Below are positions 63,392-64,000 of a stretch of 64,000 nt of DNA, piece after piece. Every line of letters starts with the position of its first letter. Position 1 is the first letter of the stretch. A program made the position numbers and the translations under genes. This stretch comes from Camelus dromedarius (taxonomy: Eukaryota), in the NCBI RefSeq assembly GCF_036321535.1, contig NC_087437.1, forward strand, positions 16,246,001 to 16,310,000, given 5' to 3'. Below the pieces are notes generated by a model. It saw nothing but the letters and a program-made list of their open reading frames with translations, had not been told where the DNA came from and ran no database searches.

Positions 63392-64000
63392 GAAAGTCCT
63401 AGAAAACATCTGTTTAAAATGTACCACGCAACAAATGTGTGTAAGATGTGCTTCTGCTTTTGTTTTAAAGACGATGGCAATTAGAAACTCTAGAATGAAA
63501 AACAAAATGCTATATATGAAATGACTAAGCTAAATATAAAGAAAATTATATGTGACATAATTTTGAGGATCTCTTTGGCATTTGCAACATTCTTCTTTGA
63601 GAGAAACGGACTTGGAGAAAATTACTTCTCTTCCTTTCTGGTTAGAGTCCTATTAAATGACCCCTAAGTAAACAGTATACCTATCAGCCAATGTAATAAA
63701 GAGAATTTAAAGATACTCAAATTTAGGAATCAACCTAAACAAAATGTGGAAGGCTTAATCACTCCTACGTTAGAAACCTTAACCATGTAAAAATAGTGGT
63801 GCAGCGACAGCAGTTGAGAACTGAAGGGGCGAAGAGGTGGAGGGAAAATGGGGGATTAATTTCCTCATATTCTGTAGTCAAGAGTCGAGATAGTGTCTAA
63901 ATAGACGAATCTAGATATAACAGAGGAATATTATTTAGAGTCTTTAAAGTAGCAGATAGAAGAACTAAATAAAGAGCAAACCAAAAAAGTGGAAATAGGG

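Overview
Mammalian genomic DNA, most likely a camelid (four copies of a tRNA-derived SINE of the type I recognise from camel/alpaca genomes). Roughly half of the window is old interspersed repeats: L1, L2, MIR, MaLR/ERVL/ERV1 LTRs, a near-full-length Tigger1 and hAT elements. I found no intact protein-coding gene and no RNA gene. The main signal is in the non-repeat islands. More than 20 separate stretches between about 3.3 kb and 53.7 kb, all on the + strand, translate (through stops and frameshifts) into degenerate cadherin extracellular (EC) repeat motifs: V.E..PVG, V.A.D.D, L.YS, F.I...TG.I, LD.E, D.G.P.LS and DVNE/DIND. They most resemble CDHR3/CDHR4. I interpret this as a heavily decayed, multi-exon cadherin-related gene fossil, or a tandem cluster of such genes. 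All protein and repeat comparisons were made by eye against remembered consensus sequences and need tBLASTn/HMM/RepeatMasker confirmation. Boundaries are approximate unless TSDs or termini are quoted.
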